In this document: piece by piece, positions 36,917 to 40,469 of the stretch
Layout of the letters: each line of letters starts with the position of its first letter
Numbering within the stretch: the first letter of the stretch is position 1
Origin: Curvularia clavata
Lineage: Eukaryota
Length of the DNA stretch: 40,469 nt
NCBI GenBank assembly: GCA_023920165.1
Contig: CP089279.1
Coordinates: 2,976,001 to 3,016,469, forward strand
Direction of reading: 5' to 3'
Position numbers and translations under genes: made by a program
The notes under the pieces: model-generated
Database searches by the model: none
What the model saw: only the letters and a program-made list of their open reading frames with translations
Told to the model about the DNA's origin: nothing

Positions 36917-38113
36917 ATGCCGCGCACGCCAGAAATCAAGCGCGAGTCTACGACAGAGGCTGATAGCAACGTACCTAAGGGTCTAGCACCTCCACGCGTT
37001 GCCCAAATACCCAAGGACTTTACTAAGCAGAAGTAGGCAGATCTTACTAAAATAATAATCCCAGTCTATTATCACAGTAAATACTAACGTTAGTAAGGCT
37101 TTAAAAATAAGCAAAACAAAATCAATTTTATCATTACGCAACGTAGATCTAGAGGTTCCCAAAAGAGTCGTCCAACTAGTCTGCGAATCCAATATCAAGG
37201 TCAGCTTAGTAACACAGCTCGAGCTATTGCACAGAGAGATCTCGCCGCGTCACGTACCAAGGAAGAAGCCGCTCTCCAACGCGCCAAAGATACTAACCGC
37301 GCTACTCGGGCGAAATTTCTCAAGTCACTCAAAGAGAAAGAATAGTATAAGACCGCCAGAGAGGATAAGAAGAATAGAATTATAAAGAGCCATCTTAAAG
37401 AGCATGAATCCAAGCGCTTTAAAGAAAAGCAAAATAGTAAGTTATCACAGTCTTTTATTACAGACATCTACTAACAGTTATTAGCTAATTGGATGGCGTT
37501 TGCTCTCCAAGCTGTGCACGCGAAATGGTCCAAGATCCAGAATGAGATCGACAAAAGACGGCATCAGCTTATTCTCCAGACTACCTCTAGCGACGCCCCG
37601 TCTAATACCTCTACTAAGAGGTTACGCGTTTCTGCTCGTCTCTATAGTCGAAAGGGGGTTATTAACTCACTTATACGCAAAGAATATCTTCGAGAATTGG
37701 CTAAGCTAAACAACAACGCCTTTAAGAGCGAGCAAGCACGAGATAAATAGCTCAAGTTTTACAAGAACCTTTCTCCCAAAAAAAAAGAACTTGCTATAGA
37801 TAGTTCCTAGCAGTAAGTTTATCACAGTTTATTATCACATTCAAGAACTAACTAGTATAGACAAGAAAAGCCTACTTCTATTCTCAACCAGTTTGATCCA
37901 GATACGCGTCTTAAGGATAATAAGCCATATATCGAAGGCTATGATAGTAACAAGTATGAAGAAGAGATTAATAACGAGGATAAGATTATAGACGAGAATG
38001 AGGATGGCTATAGTAGTAACGATAGCTTTTTGGCTCCAGAGGGGGCTGATAGTGCTAAGATAGAGGAGGCTGAGGATCAAGACGAAGAGGCTGAAGAAGA
38101 GAAGTCTAAGTAG
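36917..38113 (+). pseudogene. Unknown protein with basic coiled-coil region and acidic C-terminal tail, RIP-mutated
   Basis: ATG 36917, introns about 37033-37093 (donor uncertain), 37437-37484 and 37813-37860. K/E/R-rich helix (RTKEEAALQRAKDTNRATRAKFLKSLKEKE) and tail EEEINNEDKIIDENEDG...EEAEDQDEEAEEEKSK*. Confidence 0.65.
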
Positions 38114-38410
38114 TGCTGGCTGTCCAAGCATATCTCTGACAATGCTCTAGTAGTTAGGGTTTAGAGTATTATGCCAGGGTTTATCCCAGCCAATAATCAC
38201 AGTATAACCCCTGTGTCGATCCAAACTTTCTCTTATATAAAACCTACTTCAGACATATGTCAAACAACACTAGTATTTTAGACAATCTTAGCTATGCTAG
38301 AAGCTAGAGGACTTAAAACTTCCTACCATATCCAGTTTTCCACAGATAATATTTGTCCATCTAGTAACTTTAATTTATCACAGTTATTTATCACAGGTAC
38401 AATCTTCACA

Positions 38411-40299
38411 ATGGCTAAGCCTTCTACAGAACCGCCAGATATCCTTGCGCATCTCAAGATAAATACTCCACACCAAGACAAAGGTGGTCTTAAAGTCACA
38501 CTTACACTCATCCAGTATCCAGTACTTGAAAATAATAGCAATAAAGAGAACAAAGCAATTATTTCAAACTAGAAGGAGTAGTGGAATAAAACACCATAAG
38601 CCCGAGATCCTTCGAAGCCAGTTCCACACTAGGGCTCTTCTTGTCGTACGAGCCAAATCTGGGCAAACTTTGGAAAGGCTGCAGAGATCCTAACTGGCCG
38701 TCCATATATCTTCTGCTCGAACTGCAGTTATATACTCGCGCACCCATCAGCTGGAAATATTAGTACAAAGCATCTTCATAGACATCGTCAAACCCAAACT
38801 TACCAGCTTATCTCTTCGCCTATACACAACAAGCTATCGAACTCACTCCGCCAAAGTATCCCACCACCAATAAATATTAATCCTCGCGCAATACCAGCCT
38901 ACTCAACTAAGACATACGAACAAGAACTAGTAAGAGTAGTAGTTAATAACTACTAGAGCTTCCGAACACTTAAGCGGCCATCATTTCAACGATTTCTCCA
39001 GTTTCTCCAGCCCAACGCTGTAATTATTAGCCGTTATAAATTCAAGCTAGCGTTTAAGTTACAATTTAAGAAGGCTTCAGCTAAGCTTCTCAATGATCTT
39101 AGCCAAGGAACAAAAATATCACTTGCATTAGATAGTTAGGCTTCAAGTAACCATCTTAGTTTCCTTACAATCAAAGGTTACTATATCAATACTCAATAGC
39201 AACTCAAAGAAAAACTTTTAGATTTTATACCGATCCATAGGAGACATACTAGAGCTTCAATAGCAGATAAAGTTCTAAAACTTCTTTCTAGAAGTGAACT
39301 CCAAAAAAAATTGCTATCCATTACTTGCGATAATGCCAGCAATAATAGCACTCTTACGCAGTCTCTTCAGCAAGGTCTACAACAACTTAGTATAAGCTAG
39401 AGTCCAAGTAAAAACACTATTCCCTACTTAGCCCATATTATCAACCTCGTTGTCCAGGATATTATCCAGCACTTAAGGCTGTCAGCTTCTACCAAGTTAG
39501 ATAATATACAAGATTTACAGAGACAACAGATCAATAAAGTAGATGCCAACATCTCAGTCCCCAATTCACTTCGCAAGGGAAGAATTTTTTATCACAGTTA
39601 TTTATCACATACTAACTACAATATAGATTAGAGCAATCTGCATTATAGTTGACTCATCTCCTCAGCGATACGAACAGTTTCTCGCAACACAACGGGATCT
39701 ACCACCAAAAAAACGCCTTAGTGTTATCCGTGATGTTAGAACACGATAGAACTCGACATATAATATGTGTAAGCGCGCAGTCAAGCTTCGGCAATATATC
39801 AATAAATGGCTCAAAGATAAAATCGCGTTAAGGGTTCCTATCCATACCAAAAACCTCTCAGAGGCCGACAACAATACTGATATTGATTCTCAGGATCTTA
39901 AGAGACTACGACTATCTGCACAAGAATAGTCGCATCTTAAGATAGTTACTAAAATACTTAGCCATTTCAAGACTACAACAATATCTCTAAGTCAGAGTTA
40001 AAAACCTCAAATACCATATATCTAGCTCATGTATAATCAGCTTTTTAATTTTCTTAATTAGATGGAGGTTGATTTAGAAGAAGACTCAGAGAATAGCAAC
40101 TGGCCACAAGTAGTAAGAGCTACGGCGGCGAAAGAGAGAGCAAAGTTAAGTAAATACTACTCGAAAACTAATAAAGAGCGTAGCTTCTTATTCAACTGCG
40201 CGACGATTCTTGATCCAACGCAAAAGCTTACAGCCTACGAGGTATTATCACAGATATTTATCACAGATAGATACTAATAGAAGATATAGAATAAGATAT
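38411..40299 (+). pseudogene. hAT transposase (BED-like zinc finger plus RNaseH-fold DDE core), RIP-mutated and 3'-truncated
   Basis: SQIWANF...CSNC...HLHRH, ISLALDS*, ITCDNASNN (about 39320), AHIINLVVQ (39431), SSPQR, DVRTR*NST (about 39732), ILDP (40206). Introns about 39578-39626 and from 40242. No C-terminal dimerisation domain before the telomere. Confidence 0.92.
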
Positions 40300-40415
40300 G
40301 GGGTTAGGGTAGGGTTAGGGGGTAGGGTTAGGGTTAGGGTTAGGGTTAGGGTTAGGGTTAGGGTTAGGGTTAGGGTTAGGGTTAGGGTTAGGGTTAGGGT
40401 TAGGGTTAGGTTAGG
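40300..40415 (+). repeat. Telomeric (TTAGGG)n tract
   Basis: Tandem TTAGGG with the G-rich strand running toward the end. The first units are imperfect (TAGGG, TTAGGGGG). Confidence 0.97.
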
Positions 40416-40469
40416 AGGTGCTGTCACACGAGTATGGAAGTCGTTCTTTAACCTTAGCAATACGTAACC
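40416..40469 (+). other. Untrimmed Oxford Nanopore native barcode and adapter (artefact)
   Basis: AGGTGCTG + 24-mer TCACACGAGTATGGAAGTCGTTCT + TTAACCTT + AGCAATACGTAAC matches the native-barcode flank layout and ligation adapter. The 24-mer matches barcode 13 as I recall it. Confidence 0.93.

Larger units (their letters stand above)
35277..40266. promoter_or_regulatory. Dispersed paired motif TTATCACAG-N4-TTATCACAG (14 pairs)
   Basis: Pairs start at 35277, 36889, 37056, 37442, 37819, 38181, 38375, 39589 and 40245 on +. Five more lie on - in the four H3-like introns and at 36396-36417. Function unknown. Confidence 0.8.
34939..40299 (+). mobile_element. Cargo-carrying hAT DNA transposon (H3-like gene, coiled-coil/acidic gene, transposase), RIP-mutated, right end lost
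   Basis: Copia sequence stops at TAGACTGGTAAAT (hAT-TIR-like), followed by subterminal repeats, two cargo genes and a hAT transposase. All three genes share the same intronic motif. The left boundary is inferred. Confidence 0.75.

Noticed and set aside
35277..40266. CRISPR-like or tandem-array reading of the TTATCACAG repeats
   Set aside because: The context is eukaryotic, and the repeats are short, dispersed in introns and UTRs, with no regular spacers.
30135..40299. Starship giant element or telomere-linked helicase
   Set aside because: I found no DUF3435 tyrosine-recombinase captain or RecQ helicase motifs.
40210..40467. ORFs with (RV)n and (LT)n repeats
   Set aside because: They are translations of the telomeric repeat and adapter.
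40416..40469. Interstitial telomere or a telomere-inserted element
   Set aside because: The sequence after the repeats is a sequencing adapter.

Overview
This is the right-hand chromosome end of a filamentous ascomycete with RIP, shown by spliceosomal introns, CpA->TpA-mutated repeats and a TTAGGG telomere. 1-9 kb holds a sugar-releasing trio (GH3 beta-glucosidase, GH78 alpha-L-rhamnosidase, sugar-porter MFS) with a pogo relic between the last two. 10-30 kb holds accessory redox/detox genes (2 SDRs, a signal-peptide crotonase, NmrA-like, Zn2Cys6 TF, Mch-type MFS) and pseudogenes that become more frequent toward the end (O-methyltransferase, CocE/NonD hydrolase, enoyl-reductase-like, P450). 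30-35 kb is an AT-rich nest of LTR elements, including a Copia RT/RNaseH frame that is still open. 34.9-40.3 kb is the key object, missed by the ORF track because RIP stops break it: a hAT transposon with G-rich palindromic subterminal repeats. It carries a five-exon histone H3-like gene whose tail lacks K4/K9/K27, a divergent coiled-coil gene with an acidic tail, and the transposase. All 9 introns and all 3 5' leaders of these genes contain a paired TTATCACAG motif with a fixed 13-nt period. The transposase is cut off by the telomere, and the last 54 nt are an untrimmed Nanopore barcode/adapter.
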